64,000 nt of DNA from a virus: the IMG/VR virus record IMGVR_UViG_3300026076_000001. One strand, given 5' to 3'. The translations under genes and the position numbers were made by a program. Positions within the stretch are counted from its first letter, which is position 1; the number at the start of each line of letters is the position of its first letter. Shown piece by piece: positions 17,475-28,555 of the stretch. The notes beneath the pieces are model-generated. The model searched no databases. It saw only the letters and a program-made list of their open reading frames with translations, and had not been told where the DNA came from.

Positions 17475-17971
17475 TATACATCAAATACGAATAGATCGAA
17501 CTTAGCATCATCTACATTGACACCTGCAGCTGGATCAGATGCTGTACCAATAAAGGTAGTACCATTAACCTTTTCAAGATTAAACACTAGTGGTAGTCCT
17601 CTGCCAGCCGCACTATCATTATGATAATGACACTGTGCTAATACAAGATAACTAGCAGTATCACCATAGTCGTGATCCATAGTAAAGGTAAACTGGAATG
17701 AACCATAATTTGCTACTGCACCATAAGTTACAGTAATACCTGCACCAGTCCAAGTATGTTCTGCTGTACCGAGACCGAAATTTGTAAATCCACCAGTTCC
17801 TTTAAACCTAGCAGCACCAACACCTGCTGAAATACCACCTGCTGTGCTACCATCAGAAACTTTCAGGTTACCTGCATTAGGATCGTAGAATAATTCTCCC
17901 TTGTTGCCTACAAAAGTAGCAGCATTAGTACCACCCAACTTTTCTAGAAAGGGTCTATAAGTATCAGCCAT
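17474..17971 (-). CDS. Fibre/adhesin-like protein with Mtd-N-like N-terminal domain
   Basis: FVGNKGELFYD....LKVSDG.TAGG; start MADTY at 17971. Confidence 0.6.
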   Translation of the reverse strand: MADTYRPFLEKLGGTNAATFVGNKGELFYDPNAGNLKVSDGSTAGGISAGVGAARFKGTGGFTNFGLGTAEHTWTGAGITVTYGAVANYGSFQFTFTMDHDYGDTASYLVLAQCHYHNDSAAGRGLPLVFNLEKVNGTTFIGTASDPAAGVNVDDAKFDLFVFDV

Positions 17972-18197
17972 TTTTCTTATCGAAATCGTGAATGTTTTCT
18001 GACCCACCTACAGAGAATGGGTTGTATTTACTAGTAGCTATCTTATACATTTTCTCGTGAATGGTTTCATCAATTTGATCTTCGTAGTCAAGACCATCGT
18101 CTTCCCATTCTTCAATAGATTTGTCTGTTGCTATAGGCATAAGGTCCAAGGGGTTATCGTGGAACCAAGGATCATAATGAATTCTTGGTAAGGTCAT
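17964..18197 (-). CDS. Small hypothetical protein
   Basis: Start MTLPRI at 18197 (TAATG coupling). Confidence 0.55.
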   Translation of the reverse strand: MTLPRIHYDPWFHDNPLDLMPIATDKSIEEWEDDGLDYEDQIDETIHEKMYKIATSKYNPFSVGGSENIHDFDKKNG

Positions 18198-18421
18198 TAG
18201 TCTTTCCAACCACCAGCTTTTAACCAGTTGTTGTAGTGAGGGTTGTCCCAGTTGTCACTAATCTCATAAGAAGGAATTACAACCTCTTGGATGTATCTCC
18301 TGTTCTCTACTGCTAATTCTTCAGCGTGTTTTGATGCACCATCTATATTAGATGCCCACCAGATGCCACCACCTATTTGGACTGCTAAGAATGTAAGTAA
18401 TGGTATTGGAATGCTTTTCAT
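18197..18421 (-). CDS. Small membrane-anchored hypothetical protein
   Basis: Hydrophobic N-terminus LLTFLAVQIGGGIWW. Confidence 0.6.
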   Translation of the reverse strand: MKSIPIPLLTFLAVQIGGGIWWASNIDGASKHAEELAVENRRYIQEVVIPSYEISDNWDNPHYNNWLKAGGWKD

Positions 18422-18777
18422 TTTTTCTTCACTCTTTTTTTAATGTTCATTAGTTTTTTCTTTGCAGGAGGAGGTGTGTCATCATATCTATAGTTGGATG
18501 TTGGATTGTTAATCAATGGATCCGTTTCAACAATCTCTGAAAGATTGTCACTTAGATTAAACACAAGTTCTTCACTAGCATCAGAGTTACTACCCTGAAA
18601 CTCAGTCATTCTTGTTTCCTTTTCTTCCTGTGATACATCATCTACTGTGTAGCGATCCCACATCTTTCCACCATAGCCACAAGTGCCACGCTTCTCCCTC
18701 TTTTCACAAAGACGACAGTATTTTTCACCAGTCTTTTTCTTTGCGGGAGGGCACTTAAATTCAGAGAGTTTCTTCAT
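18418..18777 (-). CDS. Hypothetical protein with Cys cluster
   Basis: C...KYCRLC.K.E.R..C.YG motif. Confidence 0.6.
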   Translation of the reverse strand: MKKLSEFKCPPAKKKTGEKYCRLCEKREKRGTCGYGGKMWDRYTVDDVSQEEKETRMTEFQGSNSDASEELVFNLSDNLSEIVETDPLINNPTSNYRYDDTPPPAKKKLMNIKKRVKKK

Positions 18778-19343
18778 TTAAAATTAGAAGGTAAGTTGCT
18801 CTTAATCTCATTCATCAGTTTCTTACATTCACCATCGCTTAATGCTCTGGGTATGCCTTGACGAAATGCTGTGAAGTCTTCAGCAAATGCTGCACGTCTC
18901 ATCTTAGTACCAGATATTGCAAACGTATCACCGTCTGCATCACGATTACCAGATGAAACAACTTCTAGAGATCGGAAATAATAGTCCTTTCCGTTATATT
19001 TATGAATCCACTGAAATGCAGCTACACGATCTGACCCAACAACCAGTACAGCATCATCATATCCATCATTTTGTATGTCTTGTAAGCATTCTATCACAGA
19101 TTTTTGTGCATTACAGATGTTGTTGGCATAGGAACGGAACATCTTCTTCATCCACTGCACCTTCTTAGTTGATTCTAATGGATTTTTACCAGTTTTATCG
19201 TGTGATTTGGATGTATATACCCTCCAGTCACATTTAGAAGCTGCATTTTTTACCCCTTTTATGTTCTCCTCGTGTCCTATGGTTGGTGGTTGAAACCTAC
19301 CAAAGGTAAAGTAGCAGCAATCGTATAATTTTTCTAACGCCAT
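18774..19343 (-). CDS. Cytidyltransferase-like (HxGH-superfamily) nucleotidyltransferase
   Basis: FTFGRFQPPTIGH, VVGSDR, ISGTKMR. Confidence 0.85.
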   Translation of the reverse strand: MALEKLYDCCYFTFGRFQPPTIGHEENIKGVKNAASKCDWRVYTSKSHDKTGKNPLESTKKVQWMKKMFRSYANNICNAQKSVIECLQDIQNDGYDDAVLVVGSDRVAAFQWIHKYNGKDYYFRSLEVVSSGNRDADGDTFAISGTKMRRAAFAEDFTAFRQGIPRALSDGECKKLMNEIKSNLPSNFK

Positions 19344-20542
19344 TGCTTCTGGATAGTAAAGTTGTTGTATGCAAACTCAAGACGGTTGACCAACTTAATC
19401 ATATTACCATCTTGGTGTAGTACATACCCTTCAGGAGTGGTCACCTTATAACCCTTCTCAGTCTCAACGTAAGTCCTAAAGGTCTCAAGTTTATCTAGCT
19501 TATCTATGATGAATTGTTTGGTCTCCTGAATCTCCTTATAGAGTTCAATCATATATCTGAATGATGATTCATTGTCATCTAAGTATTTCTCTGACTCATA
19601 AACCAACTGACGCTTTGCAGTAAGATTCTTTTGTGTCTTAATCTTGGCAAGTTCCTTCTTCATCTTCTCGTGATAGAAAGTGATCAACTTATCAAGAGTT
19701 CCTCTGACATCACCAACTGCTTGACCCTCACGGATCATACTATTAAAGAATTGCTTGAGGTATGAAGCAACGTGAAATTTTTTATCCCCAGTTGTTCCCG
19801 TTTTTTCCACAATATTATTGAGGAATTCCCCAGTCTTTCCACAGAGCTGAAAAATCTTATTGATCTGTTGCTCGAAGTGGCTCATTTCAGAGGTCGTAAG
19901 TGTCACTTCCTGTATAGATGTGTCGTTAGATATGACAGCTACTTCAGAAACCTTTTGGTATGTATGGATAGGTGCACCTGCTCTTGCTTGCATAGTTGGC
20001 AAGTCATTACCAGTGTAATGGGTATGGAATACCACTCCAATCTTTGCACTACCTACCTGTTGACCTATCTCGTGATCAGTTGGTATAGCATATGAAATAG
20101 TATTAGGTCTAAAACTATAAACCTTTTCACCTTGTATAGTCTCAGTCTTTCTAGTATCGTCAGTGAATAGCAAGTCACCCTGTATCACACCATTAATACC
20201 CAACTTCTTAAAATACTTGTAAGAGTACTTCAACTTCTTAGCTAGATCTCCTTCATACCATCTGTCTACTGCTTCCTCACTGAAACACATCTTAGGTTCA
20301 GTCTTATTAAACACAGACTTAGTACCTACAAAGAACATACCACTGTTAGGTTCCTTACCACATATAACAGCAGGAGCACCGTCCCACTTAGTCTGCATAA
20401 AACCTGTGGCATCTGCCTTCTTACCTAGCATCTTTGCTAGTTCTCTTAAAAAATTTACAGCAGCGTGACACCCTTCAACCCCATAGTTGAGCATCTCATC
20501 CTCAAGGTGTTCGAGGTGTTTTAACTGAGTGACATTTGCCAT
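19334..20542 (-). CDS. Conserved phage protein with ATP-dependent ligase/adenylyltransferase-like motifs
   Basis: TKWDGAP (motif I KxDG), IQGDLLF (III), VVFH (IIIa), PEGYV (IV), IKLV.R (V). Confidence 0.55.
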   Translation of the reverse strand: MANVTQLKHLEHLEDEMLNYGVEGCHAAVNFLRELAKMLGKKADATGFMQTKWDGAPAVICGKEPNSGMFFVGTKSVFNKTEPKMCFSEEAVDRWYEGDLAKKLKYSYKYFKKLGINGVIQGDLLFTDDTRKTETIQGEKVYSFRPNTISYAIPTDHEIGQQVGSAKIGVVFHTHYTGNDLPTMQARAGAPIHTYQKVSEVAVISNDTSIQEVTLTTSEMSHFEQQINKIFQLCGKTGEFLNNIVEKTGTTGDKKFHVASYLKQFFNSMIREGQAVGDVRGTLDKLITFYHEKMKKELAKIKTQKNLTAKRQLVYESEKYLDDNESSFRYMIELYKEIQETKQFIIDKLDKLETFRTYVETEKGYKVTTPEGYVLHQDGNMIKLVNRLEFAYNNFTIQKQWR

Positions 20543-21807
20543 TACTGATAGTCTTTTCTTACTCGGTCTTTCATATGAGTACTACCGATAGGAGGATTAG
20601 CATCCTCATCCATAGTCTCAGTCCACATATTTTCTTTATCAAACTTATATCCTGACTGTAGCTTATCTGGCCAACCACCACCTTGGTCTTCACCTGCTGC
20701 CCTACCAGTTCTACCACCAGAGGTATCTCTTATATTGAACTTGAATACAACACCAGGACAGTTAACCTCAATATTAATTCTTACACCCGTACCAGTCTGA
20801 CCACCATAGTAGACATCAACTGACGTTGGATTAGCAAAGGAGTCACATAACCCCTTAGTCATTTCAAAGTTGTATATATTACCACCTCCCTGTTGATGAC
20901 AGTAGTGGTATCCATATCCTACAGATCCTAAGATCATAGAACGAAGTAAAGGTCTGTCATACTTGACATTCATCTCTGCTCCACCACCTTGAACTACACC
21001 AGCACCCTGATCAGCAGCACCAGTCTTAAATATTTGACAAAATTTTTCGTTGTTAATACCAAAAGTTTTTAATATAGCTAGACCAGTCTCGTGTGTGATA
21101 GCACCAGATTCTATCTGATCCCTTGAGAAGAATTTAGTTACACCAAGGTTTGACATAGTAGTGGTACCACTAGTTTTCAGTGAAAGATATATTAAACCAA
21201 CTCCACGTGCTGACTTCTCACAACTATACTTCAGTGTAATGTCAGTAACCTTAGCACCTATATTATAATTGGTATCAGTTGCTTCACCAATCTGCCACTT
21301 ATTACCTAGGTATTTCATAGGTCGCTTCTGGTTTAAAGCTCCCATTGGCATTACCTCTACGATCTCACATTCTTCTAGATCGTAGTGTTTAATAATATCC
21401 TTAGCAAATTGATGATACGGACCTGGAGGTACTTCTCCTTCTTCTTTCCATAATCTAAGATATCTTTCTAATGCTTCTTCAAATAAAGAACCAGCATTCT
21501 GTTTACCTCTACCTCCTCTACTACCATCACCAAACGAAATCTTTAAACCAGTACCCTTAATACCATATGCTTTCTTAAGATCACCAATGGTTGCATATTT
21601 TACTTTGACTGCTCTTGCTACCTTAACTTGATTCTTTGATGTACTTTGAAATGCTAATGGTCCTTGAACAGCAATGTCAGGATCATCAGTAAGACCCTTC
21701 CATAAACTATAGACGTTATCCATCTTCTCACTTTCGTGAGATTCATACAAGGTACCAAAAAGTTTTAGTGCCTCTGGGTTTGTCTTTGGAATTTTGTCGT
21801 ATGCCAT
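20542..21807 (-). CDS. Large hypothetical protein, possible PD-(D/E)xK nuclease fold
   Basis: LFEE...KVTDITL...IYLSLKT arrangement; CTAAATA at 21813-21819 upstream. Confidence 0.45.
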   Translation of the reverse strand: MAYDKIPKTNPEALKLFGTLYESHESEKMDNVYSLWKGLTDDPDIAVQGPLAFQSTSKNQVKVARAVKVKYATIGDLKKAYGIKGTGLKISFGDGSRGGRGKQNAGSLFEEALERYLRLWKEEGEVPPGPYHQFAKDIIKHYDLEECEIVEVMPMGALNQKRPMKYLGNKWQIGEATDTNYNIGAKVTDITLKYSCEKSARGVGLIYLSLKTSGTTTMSNLGVTKFFSRDQIESGAITHETGLAILKTFGINNEKFCQIFKTGAADQGAGVVQGGGAEMNVKYDRPLLRSMILGSVGYGYHYCHQQGGGNIYNFEMTKGLCDSFANPTSVDVYYGGQTGTGVRINIEVNCPGVVFKFNIRDTSGGRTGRAAGEDQGGGWPDKLQSGYKFDKENMWTETMDEDANPPIGSTHMKDRVRKDYQ

Positions 21808-21822
21808 AAGACTATTTAGATT

Positions 21823-21960
21823 TCAATCTAATAGATCTATAGCTATTTGTCTCGCTGACCTGTTCGCTGTGATTAACTTATGCATCCAGATCCTTTCTTG
21901 AAGGGTAACTGGACCTTGAGATTTAATTCTGCATATAATATCAGTCAGTTCCAACCTCAT
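21823..21960 (-). CDS. Small hypothetical protein (45 aa, MRLELTDIICRIKSQGPVTLQERIWM...)
   Basis: Translated by hand; fills the gap. Confidence 0.55.
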   Translation of the reverse strand: MRLELTDIICRIKSQGPVTLQERIWMHKLITANRSARQIAIDLLD

Positions 21961-22243
21961 CTTTGTGCTTAACATCATACTCAATGATGATCTTCTTACT
22001 ACTTATGCCAGTAGAGGTCAAAGTTTCCATTCTTGTTGCAGTTCCATTCAATAGAGCAGCAATTTGTAATATCTCAGCGATGAGATCTCCTTGATCTACT
22101 GCATAATCCTCTTGAGGAACTTCACATTCCTTATATTCTTCAACACATTCTGTTTCACATTCTTTATCTTTAGGATCACAATCAGTAGTACACTCAAGAA
22201 GTTGATCGGTACAATCCTTTTCTTCCTTAGGTCTGAGTTTCAT
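21941..22243 (-). CDS. Small protein with six periodic cysteines
   Basis: CX6CX3CX6CX3CX6C in an acidic context. Confidence 0.6.
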   Translation of the reverse strand: MKLRPKEEKDCTDQLLECTTDCDPKDKECETECVEEYKECEVPQEDYAVDQGDLIAEILQIAALLNGTATRMETLTSTGISSKKIIIEYDVKHKDEVGTD

Positions 22244-23019
22244 TTGAATACAGGAATAGGAACTAGTTTGGTGTTAAAGAAATCTTTTGATCTCTCGAAC
22301 ACAGGATAGAATTGACATACTCCTTTCTCTGAACTACAAGCTTCCATTGGAGTCCAGTGGAGGTCATCTATAATGTCATACCCTATACTAACACGAATTC
22401 CCTCATATGGCAAGGGCTTTACAGCGTGCATTAACGGACCAGGACCAAGATACTGTAGTCCTTGCTTGTTCTCTATCTTATATGGATACTCATCAGCATC
22501 TAGTGGGTGCTTAGTACGATCATCATTCTCATAGTACCAAAGACACTGTTCATCTCTATCATCAAAATTCTTAGGGATCCAATCTGCAAATACTGTCTCA
22601 GTTGGTTTATCACTTAGGTGAATAAATCCGTGGTACTTACAATAGCTATGGTTGTGCCATCCCAATGACATCTTACCTAACTCCTCATACCTATGTGCAT
22701 TCATCCAAGCGTGTATCCACAGTGGTTTAGATTCTAATCCTGGATAGGATCTAACATTTTTAAATACTTGGTTCCACAAATAGAAAAATTCTGGCATCGT
22801 AGATGACAGTGTGATGATGTTATAAGCGTTCTTGCTCATAGACATATCCCACTCATCTGCTTTACCGTGCATAGAACTTTCATACATTGGTTCTATGGCT
22901 GCTTTCCATAGACCATATGCAGTCCTAGCTTCTGTTAGTAATTCTTTCCATAATACATCGACCTCGTATGTTCGTACGAGGTCTAAAAGATTATCACAAT
23001 CATAACTGACTGTCTTCAA
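22240..23019 (-). CDS. 2OG-Fe(II)/cupin oxygenase-like protein
   Basis: WMNAH...GWHNH....HGFIHLS...HAV...RVSIGYD; paralog of 32416-33054. Confidence 0.6.
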   Translation of the reverse strand: MKTVSYDCDNLLDLVRTYEVDVLWKELLTEARTAYGLWKAAIEPMYESSMHGKADEWDMSMSKNAYNIITLSSTMPEFFYLWNQVFKNVRSYPGLESKPLWIHAWMNAHRYEELGKMSLGWHNHSYCKYHGFIHLSDKPTETVFADWIPKNFDDRDEQCLWYYENDDRTKHPLDADEYPYKIENKQGLQYLGPGPLMHAVKPLPYEGIRVSIGYDIIDDLHWTPMEACSSEKGVCQFYPVFERSKDFFNTKLVPIPVFK

Positions 23020-23020
23020 T

Positions 23021-23437
23021 TTATAAATCCCCTGATACTCTATTCTCTGATCTAGTTACTTCAAAAGATCCAGTAGGATATCTAGCAAGTAATTTAGCCA
23101 TATTCTGTGCAACGACTTGATTAAAATCAAATCCTAATGCCATACAAGCTTGACTATAATACCAGAATACATCTCCTAGTTCACGTAACAAATGTACTTT
23201 TGTGTCATCGGTTAATACCTTTCCTTGGAAAGTTACCTTCTTCACAATCTCTGCAAACTCACCACCTTCAGCACTAAGACCAATAGCAGCAGTAAGCAAA
23301 CGTGCAATATCTACACCCTGTTTATCTAGTTCTTGAATTCTGTGAATGAATTCAGCATTGTTCTTAGATGGTTGGCTTGTGGTACCATCCACAAACTCCA
23401 TATATTGATCAATGTCAACTACTGTACGGTCAGTCAT
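23021..23437 (-). CDS. mazG: MazG-family NTP pyrophosphohydrolase
   Basis: GLSAEGGEFAEIVKK...ELGDVFWY...N..KL.ARYP. Confidence 0.9.
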   Translation of the reverse strand: MTDRTVVDIDQYMEFVDGTTSQPSKNNAEFIHRIQELDKQGVDIARLLTAAIGLSAEGGEFAEIVKKVTFQGKVLTDDTKVHLLRELGDVFWYYSQACMALGFDFNQVVAQNMAKLLARYPTGSFEVTRSENRVSGDL

Positions 23438-24810
23438 ACTACAAAATCAGCAAATTTGGAAGTGTTTTTCTTTTCAAAGTCAGGTGTGAAATCAACATCC
23501 TTGGCTTCTGCCTCGGAGTCTTTACCTTGTTCAACATCATACAGCTTCATCTTCGCTCTGTCAATACCCACAACAAATCTTCTATACATTGTAGGATCAT
23601 TATACCTGTTCTTTAACTGCTTAACCATTATTTGATTCTGGGCTTCAAGTTCTTCAGAAGATATAAGAGCAAACATAAAGTCAGCAGTAGCGGGTAACCC
23701 GAAGGATTCAGAAGTGTCAGTAAGATCAACGTCAGTAGAACCAAAGCCAGAACGAGTGGTCTGTGTCGCTGAGATAATCGGGAGATCGAACTCGACGGCG
23801 AGACCACGAAGTTCTTCTGCAATCGCTTTAACATAAGTATAGGAATTAACAATAGCACCTTTATATCTGGAACTAGCACAGATGTTAAGGTAGTCGATGA
23901 ATATGATGTCAGGTACGAATGACTTCTTCAAGGCTAGTTCATTCATCAATGACCTAAAGTGACCAGAGTGTGCTGAAGCAGTAGGATACTCTTTGATGAT
24001 TAACTTACCCTGTGTCTTACGTGAGAGATCTGATACCTTGGATTCAAAAATCATCCTAGGTAGATCTGGTATGTCTTTTATATTAACGTTGAGAAGGTTA
24101 GCATCAATACGTTCTGCTATCTTTTCTTCTGCCATCTCAAGGGTAATATACAAGACATTCTTACCCTGTGACAAACAAGATGCTGCTACGTGGCACATAA
24201 ACAGGGACTTCCCTACTCCTGTTCCAGCGAGAGCAACATTAAGTGTTTTGTTGGGTATACCGCCCTTGGTAATCTTATTGAAGTATTCCAGATCAAACGA
24301 AGTTTTTTCCTCGTCAGTAGTATAGAAATCAAAGCGTTCTTGATAGTCAACCAGATAATCGTGACCAATATGATCGTCAAAAGATACCGATAGAGCTTCT
24401 TTAAGGATGTCAGGAATTGCATCCCGACTTTTCTTATCGTCTTTACCATCAGCGAGCTTGATAGACTCCATCAAAGCTATGTATATTGCCCTGTCTTTAC
24501 ACCACTTCTCAGTGGCATCAAGCAACCAATCCTCTGTAGGATCTTCTATATCTTTGAATGAGTCACAGAGATCTCTGACTTTACCATAAGTCTCATCAGA
24601 AACATCTTGCCGTCCCTCGACTTCAATGAGTATAACCTCCGTGGTCGGGAGACGGTCATACTTAGAAGCGAAGTTTTGGATCTCTTCGTATACGACCTTC
24701 TCGTGTAATTCTTCATAGTATTCAGATTTTATAAAGGGAAGTACCTTACGATAGTACTCTTCATTACTGAGGAGACTCCGTAGAATAGTCCTCTCAATAC
24801 GTTCATTCAT
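23434..24810 (-). CDS. gp41: Replicative DNA helicase
   Basis: [36 protein letters not shown]. Confidence 0.96.
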   Translation of the reverse strand: MNERIERTILRSLLSNEEYYRKVLPFIKSEYYEELHEKVVYEEIQNFASKYDRLPTTEVILIEVEGRQDVSDETYGKVRDLCDSFKDIEDPTEDWLLDATEKWCKDRAIYIALMESIKLADGKDDKKSRDAIPDILKEALSVSFDDHIGHDYLVDYQERFDFYTTDEEKTSFDLEYFNKITKGGIPNKTLNVALAGTGVGKSLFMCHVAASCLSQGKNVLYITLEMAEEKIAERIDANLLNVNIKDIPDLPRMIFESKVSDLSRKTQGKLIIKEYPTASAHSGHFRSLMNELALKKSFVPDIIFIDYLNICASSRYKGAIVNSYTYVKAIAEELRGLAVEFDLPIISATQTTRSGFGSTDVDLTDTSESFGLPATADFMFALISSEELEAQNQIMVKQLKNRYNDPTMYRRFVVGIDRAKMKLYDVEQGKDSEAEAKDVDFTPDFEKKNTSKFADFVV

Positions 24811-25819
24811 TGCCGTACTTAAATTCTTTTTGTGCAGCCTCGTCTAGTGCTTGCATTATTTCTGGAGTGAAATACTTTTCTGGATCATTGAGGATAACTT
24901 TAGGATAAACAGAAGTTTCACCCAACTTAATCCTATTGCCCACACGGTTAAAGACTCCGTGCTTCTCACCCAGTTCCAGTAATCCGTAATACTTGTCAAG
25001 ACCTCTCTCATCGAAGAACAACCTTACTTTAACCTTAGAATTCTCTTTTGTAAAGCGGGATTTACGATTTGTGGCAGTAATGAGATTGCCAACAACCTCG
25101 GTACCGTCTTTCTCCTTAGCCTTCGATAAGAAAATAATGTTAGAAGCAGCGTACTTAAGTCCTGTTCCACCACTCATCTCCTTCATTGGGACATACGATC
25201 CTACGACCTCGTAGGTATGGTTAGTAACTAGCAGTGGTATATTCGCTCGACCAAGATTAAGTGTCAAGACCCTGAAGATAGACTTGATCACTTGTGCTCG
25301 TGTCATATCTCTGGTATCTTTTCCTGCTGCGGAATCTTCAATTTCTTTAGATGTAGATAAGTTACCTAAACTATCTAGCACCATAAGAAGAGGAGGTCTA
25401 TCCTCTTTGTTAAGTTTCTCATACTCACTCACGATTTTCATCGCTTGTGTCCTGAATTCCTGAACTGTCACAACAGGTACTACACCTACACGTGACACAT
25501 CAAGTCCTCTCTCTGCCATCATATCCTTTGAGATAGCAGACTCTGACTCAAAGTATAGAACATTACCCTTAGGGTTCTGCTCTAAAAAATGACGACAGAC
25601 ACTAAGAGCAAAGAAAGTCTTACCAGTGCTTGACTCACCTGCTAGGGCTGTAACTTTGTTTGAAGGTATGCCACCAAAAACGGATCCAGATACAAGAGCG
25701 TTAAAAATATAACTTCCAGTATCGACCCAATCAGCAGTGTCACCAGCAGCAATTCCTTGGTCTGCGACTGCTGCATACTCATTACCAATCTCCTTGATAA
25801 CTGAATTTAAAAAAGACAT
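24803..25819 (-). CDS. uvsX: RecA-like recombinase
   Basis: [30 protein letters not shown]. Confidence 0.95.
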   Translation of the reverse strand: MSFLNSVIKEIGNEYAAVADQGIAAGDTADWVDTGSYIFNALVSGSVFGGIPSNKVTALAGESSTGKTFFALSVCRHFLEQNPKGNVLYFESESAISKDMMAERGLDVSRVGVVPVVTVQEFRTQAMKIVSEYEKLNKEDRPPLLMVLDSLGNLSTSKEIEDSAAGKDTRDMTRAQVIKSIFRVLTLNLGRANIPLLVTNHTYEVVGSYVPMKEMSGGTGLKYAASNIIFLSKAKEKDGTEVVGNLITATNRKSRFTKENSKVKVRLFFDERGLDKYYGLLELGEKHGVFNRVGNRIKLGETSVYPKVILNDPEKYFTPEIMQALDEAAQKEFKYGNE

Positions 25820-28302
25820 TAGAAAAATTCCATAAGGCTACCAGAACGTTCTGGCTTCCATCCAATACATTCTAGCACATTACGCAAGGGTTCGTAAAAT
25901 GCTTTCTCAAATTGTTTATCGTGATCTATGTATTTGGTCAGGTTAAACTCGGATGGTAAGTCCTGAAAGAATGCGATCACGTTCTCCTGTATAGGATTAG
26001 GTGTCTTTAGATAAACAAATTTAATCTTTTCACCCTCTTGGATAGGAGCATTCTTATGTTGAATCTTCTTATCCTTGATGTAGTGATTGTACAACAACGC
26101 ACCACGTACGTGTATGGGAGTACCCTTCTGATAAATCTCCCTTACGTGTTTGTACTTAGTGACACCATTACATCCACGTGGGAATGCAATGTCTGTAATG
26201 TCTGCGTCACGTGTTTCTTTCTTACAGTTATCAATGAAATCAATAACCGTTTCATTATCAGCAGACATAATAAGTCTGAACGCCTTCTTAAGACGATCTC
26301 TAAAGAACTGAGGGACAGACGACCTCGCAGTCTCTAGTCCCATAATTTTCATCTTTGGCTCTTTATATCTGACACCCTCGGAGTCCCATACGTTAAGAAT
26401 GTAGCGTTTCTTTGCTGTCCATATACCACGATCCGCTATATTCTCACGCTTCATTATCATCTTCTGTTCATATGCTTGAACGTACGTCGCCAGTTCCTCG
26501 TAGCTAGTATCAATGTACGGTTCAATCTTCTCTGCACAGATCTTATCGAGTAGCGAAACAATCTTGCTCTTATCACTAACCCGATGACTAAAAAATTTAT
26601 CAACAAGAGGTCCGAGATTAAGATATATCGAGTCAGTATCTGACGCGATAACATAATCGACTTTCTTTGTTTGTAGTAAATTATTTAGGTAATCATTTAT
26701 CTTATTCTCTATCCACCTGATAGAAACCTGTCCAGACAAAGTGATTGCCTCTGCATTAGCTAGTTTATAATACCTGAAGTACTCATTACCAATAGCACCA
26801 TAAGCACTGTTCAATTGGATCTTACGTGCCATCTGGAAGTTGTTAAACTTCGAGATCTGTTTCTCTAGAGTGAGGGAAGGTTCTTTCTCATACTTCTTCT
26901 TAGCCTCAATCATATTACCTTTATAGATCTTACGTTCATTGTAGATCTTTTCCATTAGTTCTGGTAGAAAACCCCGTACATCCTTACGATACATAGCACC
27001 GTTAGCACAAACGCAATCATCCCCATCAATCTGCACCTCACCATTTAAGATCCCTTCAACATTGGCACTACCGTGTCTAGTCTCCCTGAGGGTCTCTGGG
27101 GAGATGTTATATTGCATAATAAGATGAGGATAGAGGCTATTGAGGTCAAAATTAACCACCCAATCATAGCGTCCTGGTTTCGGTTCCTTAACATAAGCAC
27201 CTGCATATTTGTCGGACTTTTGATTCCTGTGTTTAGGAGGAATAACTATGTTCCGTTTCCTTAAATAATTATAGATGATTGAATCCCATACACGTACTTG
27301 AGAAAAGACATCTTCAAGGTTGACTTTGGCATCGTAAGCTAATGTGAATGCCAAATCCATAAGCTTCATCTTGTCTTCCAATTGGTCAACAAGACGTACG
27401 TCGTGGATATTATACTCCACAAACTTCTGCCAGTCTTGGGTATAGAACTCCTTGAAGGTGTCAAATTCAGAGTGGTCTAACTTCTTAGATCCCAACTCTA
27501 CAAACGCTATGTGATCCAAACGGTAGGATTCCTGATTTGTATAAGTAAATTTCCTATACAAATCAAGATAGTCCAGCACCGTAATCCCCGATACATCATA
27601 AGAGATGTTTTTTCTGCCCTGTATATAAATTTCACGGGAACTTAAAAGTTTCCAAGGTGAAAAGAGTTTAGTTTCCTTGGTTCCAAGGATACGATCCAAA
27701 CGATTACAGATATAAGGAACGTCGAACAGTTGAACATTCCAACCTGTAATAACATCAGGATAATTCTCGATCCACCAAGCGAGGTACTTCCGTAGTAGTT
27801 CCTGCTCGTCAGCACAGAGTGTGTACGATACGTCAGCGTGGTTGTTCTCGAAGGGCTGTGAACCCCATACGTGATACAATCCAGTAAAACTGTCCTTCAC
27901 TGAGATAAGTAAGATTTCCTGATCAGCAGATTCGATATCGGGGAATCCGTTCTCTGATGCAGTTTCAATATCAATCGTGAACACACGGATCTTACTTGGA
28001 TCATAGTCAACCTCACCAGGGAAGTTGTCACTGATCCATTGATAGAGATACATCTGATTACCAGAGATCTCAAAACCATCTACCTCTTCATACTGCTGGC
28101 AAAATTGCTTACAGTCTCTGATAGTACCTGGTTGTATAGGTCGAACTGGTTCTCCATACAGGGTGGAAAACTTAGATTCCTTCTTACTCTTCACATAGAG
28201 GGTAGGTCGAAACTCGTCACGAAAACGAACTTCTTTATACCCATCACAACCTCTTACAAGTATACGGTCACCAACTTGGTCAACGTTCTTGTAAAACTTC
28301 AT
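25819..28302 (-). CDS. gp43: Family B DNA polymerase
   Basis: IDIET exonuclease motif, [25 protein letters not shown]; no intein seen. Confidence 0.98.
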   Translation of the reverse strand: MKFYKNVDQVGDRILVRGCDGYKEVRFRDEFRPTLYVKSKKESKFSTLYGEPVRPIQPGTIRDCKQFCQQYEEVDGFEISGNQMYLYQWISDNFPGEVDYDPSKIRVFTIDIETASENGFPDIESADQEILLISVKDSFTGLYHVWGSQPFENNHADVSYTLCADEQELLRKYLAWWIENYPDVITGWNVQLFDVPYICNRLDRILGTKETKLFSPWKLLSSREIYIQGRKNISYDVSGITVLDYLDLYRKFTYTNQESYRLDHIAFVELGSKKLDHSEFDTFKEFYTQDWQKFVEYNIHDVRLVDQLEDKMKLMDLAFTLAYDAKVNLEDVFSQVRVWDSIIYNYLRKRNIVIPPKHRNQKSDKYAGAYVKEPKPGRYDWVVNFDLNSLYPHLIMQYNISPETLRETRHGSANVEGILNGEVQIDGDDCVCANGAMYRKDVRGFLPELMEKIYNERKIYKGNMIEAKKKYEKEPSLTLEKQISKFNNFQMARKIQLNSAYGAIGNEYFRYYKLANAEAITLSGQVSIRWIENKINDYLNNLLQTKKVDYVIASDTDSIYLNLGPLVDKFFSHRVSDKSKIVSLLDKICAEKIEPYIDTSYEELATYVQAYEQKMIMKRENIADRGIWTAKKRYILNVWDSEGVRYKEPKMKIMGLETARSSVPQFFRDRLKKAFRLIMSADNETVIDFIDNCKKETRDADITDIAFPRGCNGVTKYKHVREIYQKGTPIHVRGALLYNHYIKDKKIQHKNAPIQEGEKIKFVYLKTPNPIQENVIAFFQDLPSEFNLTKYIDHDKQFEKAFYEPLRNVLECIGWKPERSGSLMEFF

Positions 28303-28555
28303 TGTAATCTTGAGTAAGAACAGTAACAGGTTCGACGATTGTAAGAATCTGATCCGAATGGATCATCATCTCGTTCTGTATTGTAATCCCTTCTAGCCAT
28401 TTTGTCAATGTTCCTTTCTCTTCTCCTTCTGTATGCAACACACAGGGATCGATCAAGCGAACATCAGGTTCACCAGGCAACTCTGCATCAGTCGGTTCTA
28501 GTTGGCTCACTAAGATCTGGTTGGTCTTCAGTATCAGTACCTGGCAGTTCTTCAT
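28280..28555 (-). CDS. Small beta-rich (Sm-like) hypothetical protein
   Basis: Start MKNCQVL; L.L.T...LV...L.DP...W pattern shared with its neighbour. Confidence 0.55.
   Translation of the reverse strand: MKNCQVLILKTNQILVSQLEPTDAELPGEPDVRLIDPCVLHTEGEEKGTLTKWLEGITIQNEMMIHSDQILTIVEPVTVLTQDYNEVLQER

Noticed and set aside
21941-22243. Calling the Cys-repeat protein CP12
   Set aside because: It lacks the CP12 AWD.VEEL core and the C-terminal C...P...EC..Y motif.
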